Assembly (NCBI GenBank): GCA_041736305.1
Contig: JBGSTX010000090.1
Location: 1 to 13,742, forward strand
DNA length: 13,742 nucleotides
Direction: 5' to 3'
From: Oligoflexus sp.
GTDB taxonomy: Bacteria > Bdellovibrionota_B > Oligoflexia > Oligoflexales > Oligoflexaceae
The notes beneath the pieces were generated by a model, which was given only the letters and a program-made list of their open reading frames with translations, did no database searches and was not told the origin of the DNA. This document shows, piece by piece, positions 1 through 9,052 of this stretch. A program made the translations under genes and the position numbers. Position 1 is the stretch's first letter. Every line of letters starts with the position of its first letter.

Positions 1-2169
1 GTCAAAGCCGAAGCCCTCCCCGAGCAGAAGGCTCAGGGCGTGGAGAATGAGGCTCTGGTGCGCACGGTGAAAATGTCTTTCGACAATTACGTAAGGCTCA
101 ACAAGCGCATCCCTCCTGAAATGCTGCTTTCGATCGCCTCCATGGAAGATGAATCCAAGCTCGCTGATACTCTAGTCGCCCACCTCAGCAACTTAAAACT
201 GCAGGACAAGCAGCGCCTCCTCGAGGAGACTAATCCGGCCAAGCGCCTCGAAGATCTCTATGGTTACATTCAGTCTGAAATAGAGATCATGCGAGTTGAG
301 AAGAAAATCCGGGCACGCGTCAAGCGTCAGATGGAGAAAACTCAAAAAGAGTACTATCTCAACGAGCAAATGCAGGCCATCCAAAAAGAGTTGGGTGATC
401 GCGACGACGGGCGGGCTGAGATCGCCGACATTGAAAATCAGATTAAGACCAAGAAGCTCTCCGACGAAGCGCGTGAGAAGCTGATGAAAGAATTGAAGAA
501 ACTCAAACATATGTCGCCGATGTCAGCCGAGGCGACCGTCGTCCGCAATTACATCGATACGGTCCTTACTCTCCCCTGGAATGATTACTCCGAAGATATT
601 CGCGATACTATTTACGCCGAAGAAGTCTTGAATAAGGATCACTTCGGCCTCGAAAAGGTCAAAGATCGGATTCTCGAATATTTGTCGGTGCGTACTCTCG
701 TCGACAATATGAAGGGCCCCATCCTCTGTCTTGTCGGCCCTCCCGGGGTAGGTAAAACCTCCTTGGCCCGCAGCGTGGCAACGGCCACGGGTCGTCGCTT
801 CGTGCGAGTGGCTCTCGGCGGGGTCCGTGATGAAGCGGAAATTCGCGGCCATCGACGGACCTACATCGGTTCCATGCCAGGCAAGATGATCCATGCTTTG
901 AAGAAAGCAGGAAAATCGAATCCCGTCATTCTTCTCGATGAGATTGATAAGTTGTCACAGGATTTTCGCGGTGACCCTTCTTCAGCTCTACTTGAGGTTT
1001 TAGATCCTGAACAGAATCATACCTTCAGCGATCACTATCTCGACCTCGACTATGACCTTTCGAAGGTTCTCTTCTTAGCGACGGCCAACTCGCTGCATTC
1101 TATCCCTCGGCCTTTGCTCGACCGTATGGAAGTGATCTCACTCGCTGGCTACACCGAAGAAGAAAAGCAGGTAATCGCCACCCAGTACCTGGTTCCCAAG
1201 CAGTTCAAGGAAAATGGGCTCGAAAACCAAGACCTCAACTTCGGGGTGAAGGCGATCCATGAGCTGATTCGCTTCTATACTAGGGAATCAGGCGTGCGGA
1301 GTCTCGAGCGCGAAATCGCTTCGGTATGCCGCAAGCTGGCCAGGAAGCATATGCGTAAGGTTGAAGCCGACGCCCATGAGGCGATGAAGGCTGAATCCAA
1401 GGAAATGAAGCCGCTGAAAGAGAAGATTAAGCTCGAAGCCAATTCAATCAGCGAGAAGATTACCGAGAAAACGATCAATAAGTACCTCGGCCCACGCAAG
1501 TACCGCATCGGCCTCCAGAATTCTCATCACGAAATGGGAATGTGTACGGGCATGGCCTGGACGGAGGTCGGCGGTGACCTGCTCGTGACCGAAGTTGCAG
1601 TCGTTCCGGGCAACGGCAAGCTCATCATTACGGGTAAGCTCGGCGAGGTCATGCAGGAGTCAGCCCAGGCAGCTCTCAGCTACGTCCGCTCACGGGCTAA
1701 GTTTTTGAGCATCGCTGAAGACTTTTACACAAAAGTCGACATTCACATCCACGTCCCAGAAGGGGCCATTCCCAAGGACGGCCCTAGCGCTGGGATCACG
1801 ATGGCGACTGCCTTGACTAGCGCCCTCACTATGCGACCGGTGAGCAAAGACGTTTCGATGACGGGTGAAATTACTCTGCGTGGACGCGTGCTTGGAATCG
1901 GTGGTCTCAAAGAGAAGGTATTGGCCGCGCACCGCGGTGGGATCCGCAAGATAATAGTTCCTAAAGACAATGAAAAGGATTTGATCGATATTCCAAAGAA
2001 TATCCTCAAAGACCTGACGATGGTTCCGGTCGAGCATATGGATTCAGTTCTGATGCATGCCCTGGTGTGGAAGCATCCTGACGCAAACAATGAGATTCAG
2101 GACGAACTGTTCGAAAAACTCAAAAAGGTCACGGAAGCTGAAACCCACGAACTGTCCTTCGCTCATTAA
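1..2169 (+). CDS. lon: ATP-dependent Lon protease (LonA), 5'-truncated by the window edge
   Basis: The frame is open from base 1 ([19 protein letters not shown]...), so GTG at 40 is internal. Motifs: [10 protein letters not shown], Walker [23 protein letters not shown], Walker B ILLDEIDK, catalytic Ser in PKDGPSAG and catalytic Lys in IGGLKEK. TAA stop at 2167-2169. Confidence 0.99.
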   Translation, partial: VKAEALPEQKAQGVENEALVRTVKMSFDNYVRLNKRIPPEMLLSIASMEDESKLADTLVAHLSNLKLQDKQRLLEETNPAKRLEDLYGYIQSEIEIMRVEKKIRARVKRQMEKTQKEYYLNEQMQAIQKELGDRDDGRAEIADIENQIKTKKLSDEAREKLMKELKKLKHMSPMSAEATVVRNYIDTVLTLPWNDYSEDIRDTIYAEEVLNKDHFGLEKVKDRILEYLSVRTLVDNMKGPILCLVGPPGVGKTSLARSVATATGRRFVRVALGGVRDEAEIRGHRRTYIGSMPGKMIHALKKAGKSNPVILLDEIDKLSQDFRGDPSSALLEVLDPEQNHTFSDHYLDLDYDLSKVLFLATANSLHSIPRPLLDRMEVISLAGYTEEEKQVIATQYLVPKQFKENGLENQDLNFGVKAIHELIRFYTRESGVRSLEREIASVCRKLARKHMRKVEADAHEAMKAESKEMKPLKEKIKLEANSISEKITEKTINKYLGPRKYRIGLQNSHHEMGMCTGMAWTEVGGDLLVTEVAVVPGNGKLIITGKLGEVMQESAQAALSYVRSRAKFLSIAEDFYTKVDIHIHVPEGAIPKDGPSAGITMATALTSALTMRPVSKDVSMTGEITLRGRVLGIGGLKEKVLAAHRGGIRKIIVPKDNEKDLIDIPKNILKDLTMVPVEHMDSVLMHALVWKHPDANNEIQDELFEKLKKVTEAETHELSFAH

Positions 2170-2194
2170 ACATCAATAGATAACGAACAAGACT

Positions 2195-2231
2195 GGCCGC
2201 GAACGATTTGTTTCGCGGCCTTTCTCTTTTT
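2195..2231 (+). terminator. Rho-independent terminator downstream of lon
   Basis: Perfect 9-bp stem GGCCGCGAA (2195-2203) / TTCGCGGCC (2212-2220) with an 8-nt loop, followed by TTTCTCTTTTT. It lies 25 nt after the lon stop. Confidence 0.88.
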
Positions 2232-2316
2232 AGGCTCTTTTCGCAGCAGTGCAGAATGTACCCCTTTATCAGACCGCTCGTCTGCCGATAGGGCAGAAGA
2301 GAGACGATTAGAGTCA

Positions 2317-3468
2317 ATGAGGTTAGATATGGTACCGAATGGGCTGCCCGTTCCGAAGGATAGCATCGAGTTCGTCGAAGGCTTGAAAAAACGCTGGATG
2401 GCGACTGTGGATGCGATTATCGACCCTCTGATGCTGATTGATAAAGACTACACTATTATTCAAGCCAATCGAGCTCTTGCGGGCCAAGCTCATCAAGATA
2501 TCAAAGAAGTTGTCGGCAGCAAGTGTTACCAAGCCTTCGCAGGACGCACAAGTCCCTGTCCCGGCTGCAACCTCCAAGGTTCACTAGAAACCATGGAACC
2601 GCAGACCTTTGAACTCAAAAAAATAGCCGGCGATCGCTTCTACGAGGTCAACACGCAACCTATCATGGATACCAAGGGCAATCTCGAAGGTTCACTGCAC
2701 ATCTATCGCGACCGTACGCTCGCTAAGCAGATGGAGAATCAGCTGATTCAGCATGAAAAGCTGGCTTCGATAGGTCTCCTCGCTGGTGGCATAGCCCATG
2801 AACTCAACAATCCTCTGGGTGGCATCCTTCTCTTCTCGCAGATGCTACTCCGCACGATGCCCAATAGCAGTGAGTATTTTCAAGACGTGGTCGAAATCGA
2901 AGCTGCAGCCCAACGCTGCAAGCATATCGTCGAAAACTTGCTGGACTTCGCTAGAAAGCAACCCGCTATAGAAGAGGGAGGTCGTCACGAGCGGGTTGAA
3001 CTGCAGGAATCTATGCTCTCGGCCCTACGTTTCTGCAACGTCGGGGGAGTTATTGAACGCATACAGATCATCGAGGACTGGTCACCAACTGGAACACCAG
3101 CGATGGGTAACCGCAACCGCCTCACCCAAGTATTCCTCAACCTTATCCAAAATGCAGTCCAAGCTATGCCGCATGGGGGCAAGCTATCGCTCAAGACTTA
3201 CCAGAGAGATGATGCGCAAGGTTCCTGGTCTGTCGCAGAAGTGCGCGATACGGGCATAGGGATCTCCAGCAGCCAAGTTAAGAAGATTTTCGATCCATTT
3301 TTCACCACGAAGGCGGAAGGCGAAGGTACCGGTCTAGGGCTTTCAATCTGCCATGGAATTGTTCAAGACTTCGGGGGCAGCATAGAGGTGGAGAGCCAAG
3401 TTAACAAGGGCAGTGTATTCCGAGTGCTCATCCCACGACCGCAAACTCTTGAAAAGACGGGATCGTAA
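2317..3468 (+). CDS. Cytoplasmic PAS-domain sensor histidine kinase (NtrB-like HisKA + HATPase_c)
   Basis: N-terminal PAS (DAIIDPLMLID...IIQANRA...KCYQAF...PCPGC...RDRT), H box AHELNNPL, N box QVFLNLIQNA, G1 DTGIGI, F box FDPFFTTK, G2 GTGLGL. No transmembrane segment. The true start may be ATG 2329, which has GAGGT at 2319-2323. Confidence 0.95.
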   Translation: MRLDMVPNGLPVPKDSIEFVEGLKKRWMATVDAIIDPLMLIDKDYTIIQANRALAGQAHQDIKEVVGSKCYQAFAGRTSPCPGCNLQGSLETMEPQTFELKKIAGDRFYEVNTQPIMDTKGNLEGSLHIYRDRTLAKQMENQLIQHEKLASIGLLAGGIAHELNNPLGGILLFSQMLLRTMPNSSEYFQDVVEIEAAAQRCKHIVENLLDFARKQPAIEEGGRHERVELQESMLSALRFCNVGGVIERIQIIEDWSPTGTPAMGNRNRLTQVFLNLIQNAVQAMPHGGKLSLKTYQRDDAQGSWSVAEVRDTGIGISSSQVKKIFDPFFTTKAEGEGTGLGLSICHGIVQDFGGSIEVESQVNKGSVFRVLIPRPQTLEKTGS

Positions 3469-3470
3469 CC

Positions 3471-5975
3471 GTGAAAAAGTACCAATGGGGCCCAGGCCCC
3501 CAAAGACAGATTTTCTTCATGCAGATCCTGACCTCTCTGGTACTGGGCTGCGTCCTGACCCTCTCTATGATCAATCAGCTCGATAAGCTTTGGACCCAGC
3601 CAGCCTTTATCCTGGTCTACGCTTTGCTGGGCACAACGGCAGTCTTCACCATGCTTATCTGCGGTGATACGGTCGTAAGGCTCGGAAGTTGGCCCACTCT
3701 TCTCCTCCCCCACTTCACCCTGAGTCTGGCCGGACTTGGGCTCATAGCTTTGCAGGGCTTTCTGCTTATTCCTATCCCGACTCTGATCAGCTTTCCTATG
3801 CTCACGGCTTTTCTCTTGATCATTACTCTCTCGGTGCACGAAGTTTTTGCGAGAATTATGCAGCTGGTCAGGGCGGAGAAAATTAGTTTAGCGTGCATCG
3901 CTATCGTCTGGGTGGCGGTCGCTGCTACCTGGGAGGCACGCTCCCTCAATCTACGCGGAATCGAAGCACCGACGATGCGGCTGGGCGCTTGGTCCAGTGC
4001 TTTTTTACTGTTCTATCCGCTGGCGGCTTGGATAGTCCAAGCATTAGGGTCGACACCCAGTCGGAGAGCTAATAATAGGATAGGCGAAGTATGGAGCCGC
4101 GCCTTTCGCAAGCACCCCGAGCGTCTCCGCCTCTTTGCTCTGCACTGGCTAGCGGCCCTCGGCAACTTCATCATGCTCCAAGGTATACTGACCCTCAATG
4201 CGAACGAAACGGGACAGAGGTGGTATGGTTCAAAAGTCTCTTGGGGCTTCCTCAGCCTCCAGATTCTCCCAGCTGCATTCTGGGCCGGAAAGAGCTGGAT
4301 TCGAGCTCATCGCCTCCCAAGGAGTATCCGGAGCCAGTCGGTTCCTGATACCGGGAAAGCAGCTCACCTGATCGGGCAGCACCACTACGGAGATCATGAA
4401 AATCACGAAACCTGGATGGGCTACCGCACGGCAGTGCTGATGATCGATCATGACCCTAACGAAGAATGCAAAACCTACCTGCCATCGTTACTTTACCGCG
4501 CCCGGCAGATTCAGACGGAGCAAATCATCCGGCAAATATTTGGTGAAAAAATCACCAGCCTCAATTCGGTCTCCTCGCAGATCAATCTCGCGATAGACGC
4601 CGAGAAGTCCTACTCCAGCTGTACGGACGCTCTGCTGATCCTCACGGTCCTCTACCTGGATGGGCTACCGCTCGTTGAACGACGCCTGAAGAATTTGGTC
4701 CGCATGCTTACGCTGCTCGACCCCCAACTGGCGACCTCTCTTTCCGAGTCGCGCCTGGAAACCCTCTTCAGCCGTCTGCAAGGATTCTTTCATCTCGACT
4801 TCAACTGGGTCGATCAGTCGATGCAGAGTTCGAGCAATGAAGCCAATATCGAAATCCGACTGGAAAACCTCAACCCGAAGGAGCGCCAGCGGGTTCTGCA
4901 TCAGCTGAGTGACTCCCAGTGGCTCGGTAATTTCATTTGGATCAGTGAATCAGCTCGCGAACAACTGCGGAGCGAGTCGCCTTTCCTCTCTAATATAGTC
5001 GAGCGCTGGCCGATTCAAATCGAACAAGGCCAAGGTCGTCACCTCGAGACCGCTATCTTTCTTATCAAATTTGAGAACTTGATCCCACGTCTCCAGCGTT
5101 ACTTCAGTCTGGACGATATCCGTACCCGGCTTGCGACCCACCCTATCGCCGGGGACACCCAGCATCTGGTAGATCGGCTCCAGGAGACGATACCCCAGCA
5201 ACAAACTTTCGCAGCTATTCGGGAAAGTCTGAACTCTCTGAGCGAGCACCACTGGAAGGGCTATCGTGCCAAGGACCTGGCCCTCGACCTAATTCTCAAG
5301 CTGGTGAAGCAAATCGAAAGTTTAAGTGATAATCTTTCGCTGAATCAGGATCAGGTTCAGTCGCTGCGACGCGAAGCGCGCGAACTGGTTCAGTCCATAG
5401 GTTATCCATCGCAAGATTTGCACACAGCCCATCTCAAGAAAATGGCGCTTCGGCAGATCAACGAGCTGCAGCGCATCTGCCTCGACATCAACCATCCCCG
5501 CTGCTATGAAGCTTGGCTGCTTCTTGGCAGTTTACCGGTCCGAAAAATGGGTCAGGATGCAGCTTCTCAGCTGCTGCAACTGGTGGCCTTTGTCAGTCGC
5601 ACCAGGCATTTGCGGAGAGATGATTTTATTCTGAGAAAATCTCTAGAAGCTTATTTCCAACTGGCGCGCGTACTTTCAGCGACTCATGAGACGGAAATGC
5701 AGCGCATACTCAACATGTTGGCGATCGCCGTAGTCGATAGCCAGCCGGATGCCGCGCTATTACTGAATTTTATGGATAAGAAGTTGGCTTTGGACTCTCA
5801 TCGGAATCAGATTCTTACCCTGAGCGCTCAGGTCATCATTCAATGGGAACGACAACTCAATTCTGTCATGAGGCAGAACATCGCTACTGATTCCATGCAA
5901 TCGGCTCTACAAGTCCGCTGGAAAACCTTCAGTCAGAATAAGGAGCAGATTGAATCTGCACCTATCGCTTCCTGA
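3471..5975 (+). CDS. Hypothetical multi-pass membrane protein: N-terminal TM bundle, putative degenerate class III nucleotidyl-cyclase-like domain, C-terminal helical region
   Basis: 834-aa ORF starting 2 nt after the kinase stop. About 7-8 hydrophobic stretches lie in the first ~280 aa, and cyclase-like motif remnants lie at residues ~318-530 (see findings). The CDS is well supported but the function is inferred. Confidence 0.85.
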   Translation: MKKYQWGPGPQRQIFFMQILTSLVLGCVLTLSMINQLDKLWTQPAFILVYALLGTTAVFTMLICGDTVVRLGSWPTLLLPHFTLSLAGLGLIALQGFLLIPIPTLISFPMLTAFLLIITLSVHEVFARIMQLVRAEKISLACIAIVWVAVAATWEARSLNLRGIEAPTMRLGAWSSAFLLFYPLAAWIVQALGSTPSRRANNRIGEVWSRAFRKHPERLRLFALHWLAALGNFIMLQGILTLNANETGQRWYGSKVSWGFLSLQILPAAFWAGKSWIRAHRLPRSIRSQSVPDTGKAAHLIGQHHYGDHENHETWMGYRTAVLMIDHDPNEECKTYLPSLLYRARQIQTEQIIRQIFGEKITSLNSVSSQINLAIDAEKSYSSCTDALLILTVLYLDGLPLVERRLKNLVRMLTLLDPQLATSLSESRLETLFSRLQGFFHLDFNWVDQSMQSSSNEANIEIRLENLNPKERQRVLHQLSDSQWLGNFIWISESAREQLRSESPFLSNIVERWPIQIEQGQGRHLETAIFLIKFENLIPRLQRYFSLDDIRTRLATHPIAGDTQHLVDRLQETIPQQQTFAAIRESLNSLSEHHWKGYRAKDLALDLILKLVKQIESLSDNLSLNQDQVQSLRREARELVQSIGYPSQDLHTAHLKKMALRQINELQRICLDINHPRCYEAWLLLGSLPVRKMGQDAASQLLQLVAFVSRTRHLRRDDFILRKSLEAYFQLARVLSATHETEMQRILNMLAIAVVDSQPDAALLLNFMDKKLALDSHRNQILTLSAQVIIQWERQLNSVMRQNIATDSMQSALQVRWKTFSQNKEQIESAPIAS

Positions 5976-5984
5976 ATGCTTAGT

Positions 5985-7475
5985 TCAAGGAGATTCTTTC
6001 GGCGGCCAGAATTTAGCGCCTTCGGGAATGCCATAGCGCTGCTGCAGGGTTGAGTGAGCTTCTTTCAGGCCTTCGTAGTTCAGTATGACTTCTTCTCCCT
6101 CAGGTTCCAGCTCTATCCTGGCAAATCCACTCTTCATCGCCTCCGGCAGGGCTAGCGCTTGGCGCGCTGCATCAAGGCTTTTTACTTTTTGACCGTTGAT
6201 GCGGTTTACAAAACTATCTTCGAGTTCGTGATAACCCTTGTTGTAGTCTATAGGGAAAACTCTTTGCAAAACCACCACACGTTCATCAGCTTTCTGCACA
6301 TCGTTAAAGGCCTCTTCGAAGAGGTAAGACAGAGGTGCCCGCTTGCGCCACTGAGATCCCCAGCTCTCCAGAAGGTCTTTCGAGAGTTCTTGAAACAAGA
6401 GCCCTCCAAATAAGAAGTAGTCGGGTTCTTGTTTGACGTTCCGCGCGACCTTTTCGTTGCGAGAATCGAAGGGCTCGGCATTTGCTTCTATCTTAAGAAG
6501 CTTGCCATCTCGCAAGACTTTGAGTTTGATTTTTTCGCCTGGAGTGACCTCGGTGACTCTCTCTTGAATCCCTATGCGCCCCCAGCGCGGATGCTCGTAA
6601 GAACCTCGAGACGAAACGCGGGTCCCATTGAGTTCGACCAGGACATCGCCTTCACGAAGCTTAGAGGCAAAAGCTGAATTCGGCCTAACGGTATGGACCC
6701 AAGCGCCGAACTGGGCACCCTGGACATCGGCCTTCGACCACTTCCTTTGGTCGGGAGCGGTGAGAGGGGCGAGGCTGAATCCCAGGTCGGCAAAGCCTTT
6801 GTAAGGCTTCTTCCGCGAGGCCTTTAAAAAGTGATCGATGATGCGGGAGGGCAGGACGAAGACCGTGGTCCCGGATTGTGCGATGGTAGCGCCCATCAAC
6901 TTTTTGTCCTGGATCAGAGGTTCGAACCACCCGTAGCCGCTACGCTTGATTTCGAAGATATACTGGGGAACCACGTAGCCGGAGAGAAAGAGCGGACGGA
7001 CTTCGACCTCCCGCAAACGCAGAAAGCTCGTGATCAGACTTTCACCTTCCAGTCCCTGATAGATCGTCGCACCGCCACCGACTGCCAGGTCTCCACCTAA
7101 AGGCAGCGGTTTCAATCCACTCGGTTTTTCTCCGGAAAATTTTAAGAGCGCAAGGTTGATGCTTTCATCAGCAAAGTCTAATTGCATGGGGTAACGCCGA
7201 CTATCGCCAAGCTTTTCGGCTTCAAAATGCCGGGCTCCGCTGACCGCATAGGCTGAGACTAGCACATGGGTCGCATCGACCACGATGCCCATATGCGTCA
7301 GACGTTCGGTACTTTTATCTGACCATGGAGCATCGTAGTCGGACTTCTGCACGTGCGAGTAAATGCGAATCATCTGTGACTCGACTTCGGACGCCTCGAC
7401 TCTGCTGCCGAAAGTGAAGATCCATATCAAGCCTAAGAAAGCAGCCGATAGACGGCTAGCGAGGAAGGTTCTCAT
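5985..7475 (-). CDS. Deg/HtrA-family paralog (trypsin-like fold + PDZ domains), predicted catalytically inactive
   Basis: Signal peptide ending VEA. Colinear with the neighbouring active protease: DYDAPW vs DYRRPW, LREGDVLVELNG PDZ, and YFLFGGLLFQELS...WG second PDZ. The triad positions read Y76, N107 and W183. Its start overlaps the upstream stop (ATGA, 7472-7475). Confidence 0.9.
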   Translation of the reverse strand: MRTFLASRLSAAFLGLIWIFTFGSRVEASEVESQMIRIYSHVQKSDYDAPWSDKSTERLTHMGIVVDATHVLVSAYAVSGARHFEAEKLGDSRRYPMQLDFADESINLALLKFSGEKPSGLKPLPLGGDLAVGGGATIYQGLEGESLITSFLRLREVEVRPLFLSGYVVPQYIFEIKRSGYGWFEPLIQDKKLMGATIAQSGTTVFVLPSRIIDHFLKASRKKPYKGFADLGFSLAPLTAPDQRKWSKADVQGAQFGAWVHTVRPNSAFASKLREGDVLVELNGTRVSSRGSYEHPRWGRIGIQERVTEVTPGEKIKLKVLRDGKLLKIEANAEPFDSRNEKVARNVKQEPDYFLFGGLLFQELSKDLLESWGSQWRKRAPLSYLFEEAFNDVQKADERVVVLQRVFPIDYNKGYHELEDSFVNRINGQKVKSLDAARQALALPEAMKSGFARIELEPEGEEVILNYEGLKEAHSTLQQRYGIPEGAKFWPPKESP

Positions 7476-9052
7476 CGGCCACCTTTTCCTTCGAAGTTGG
7501 CTGTAGCGCCGTCGTTGGTTCTGTCACCGAACCAGCGATTGAGCGGCAGCTTATACTGGCTATTGATCTCCGGATCTGCCGCCCTCGCTCCCTTGGCGTT
7601 GAGAATATAAGGTAGCGGTTTTTCCCAGAATTTGAAGGTCATAAATTCACCCGAAGATTTTTCAATCTCCTCGGCGAGTTTTTCCAGTGAGGGGACCGGT
7701 TGATTGTTGAAACTTTCCAGAACCTCTTCGAGATAAGGGCCGGCATGGGTATTAACTGCATGTGGGAGCCGATCCGCGAGGATAATCACGTCGCGCGTGT
7801 TGCGAAAATTCTCCAGGATCGGGAAATAGGAGTGAATGTAACGTAGGATGAGCGGCGCTTCACTCGCCCATCCGCGCCCCCAGCCTTGCAGAAAGGAGCG
7901 GCTGAGAGCGGTAAAGATGTGACCGGCAAAAACCAGAAAGCGAGGTCTGACCTCATAGGTCTCACCAGGATCGTAGAAGTCGCCCTGAGCCTTCAGGGGA
8001 ACTTTCAAGTTCATGCGTTCATCTTTGCGGAGAATTTCGAACTCTACCTCATCGCCGACCTGCTTGAGGTCATAGAGGGCACGGAAGCTGAGTCGTTCGT
8101 CGAAAATGCTGACCTTACCGTCGACTCCGATAGGCTGTCCATCGATCGAGAGGATAATGTCGCCGGGCTTCAGCTTGTCAAAAAGGGGCGAATAGTAGGC
8201 GACTTTGCTGACTTTCACTCCGCCATCGCTGTCTCTAATCTTATGATATTCGCGGGCTGCGGCACTCTCTAGGGCGTCGTTCATCACCCAGAAACCCTGG
8301 ACCGGATGCCCATCGTAGCGGCCATCGGTGATATCACGAAGAAAGCGGTTCACCACCGGAATAGGAATAATGTAGCCGGTATTCTCGGCTGACGTCTGGG
8401 TTTGGAAAGCGACTCCAACTACCTTCTTACCCTGAATGACCGGACCTCCGCTGTTCCCAGGATTGATTGCCGAGTCGACTTGAATGAGGAGGTGACTATC
8501 GGTACCGGTGTGAACGTAACGTCGGTAGCTGATGCGTGATACTACGCCTTGGGTCACCGATACCTGTTCGCCACCCGTTGGATAGCCAATAGTGTAAACT
8601 GTCTGCCGCACCTCAGGGATCTCATCAAATTGCAGGGCATCAACATCGGAGAAAAAGTTGGGGTCGACGACTTCGAGCAGGGCGAGATCGCAATCGTGAG
8701 CGATAAACTTCACGCGGGCGCTCACGGGGCGATCGTCACCGTCTTTGAGAACGGAGATAAACTTGCCTTGGGCAACGACGTGGGCGTTGGTCAAGATGCC
8801 CTGCTCGCCAATATAGAAGCCGGTGCCTGTGGAAGAGACGACGGGCTTATAGGCCCAGGGTCGCCGATAGTCGGGCTCCTGCGATATCACCCTGATCTTG
8901 AAAATCGCTTTGCGCATCGCTCCGAGCTCGAGATCAACTGCCTGCGCTTCTGGAACCGAAGCAATGGAGAAGAGCAGCACCACAAACAAGTGCAAACTGC
9001 GCGAAAAAACCGTCTCTGCTCCGACTCCTAAACGCTTTACAAGCCATCGCAT
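7472..9052 (-). CDS. Deg/HtrA serine protease with two PDZ-type domains (plant Deg2/Deg9-like subfamily), exported
   Basis: Intact triad: ILTNAH (H91), CDLALL (D122), AINPGNSGGP (S201). Also GYPTGG..SVTQGVVSR, PDZ LKPGDIILSIDG and C-terminal FLVFAGHIFTALS. Signal peptide ending AQA. The exact start codon is uncertain. Confidence 0.95.
   Translation of the reverse strand: MRWLVKRLGVGAETVFSRSLHLFVVLLFSIASVPEAQAVDLELGAMRKAIFKIRVISQEPDYRRPWAYKPVVSSTGTGFYIGEQGILTNAHVVAQGKFISVLKDGDDRPVSARVKFIAHDCDLALLEVVDPNFFSDVDALQFDEIPEVRQTVYTIGYPTGGEQVSVTQGVVSRISYRRYVHTGTDSHLLIQVDSAINPGNSGGPVIQGKKVVGVAFQTQTSAENTGYIIPIPVVNRFLRDITDGRYDGHPVQGFWVMNDALESAAAREYHKIRDSDGGVKVSKVAYYSPLFDKLKPGDIILSIDGQPIGVDGKVSIFDERLSFRALYDLKQVGDEVEFEILRKDERMNLKVPLKAQGDFYDPGETYEVRPRFLVFAGHIFTALSRSFLQGWGRGWASEAPLILRYIHSYFPILENFRNTRDVIILADRLPHAVNTHAGPYLEEVLESFNNQPVPSLEKLAEEIEKSSGEFMTFKFWEKPLPYILNAKGARAADPEINSQYKLPLNRWFGDRTNDGATANFEGKGGR

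Noticed and set aside
40-42. GTG start for lon given by the ORF track
   Set aside because: The frame is open to base 1 and most of the Lon N-terminal domain is missing, so the true start lies upstream of the window.
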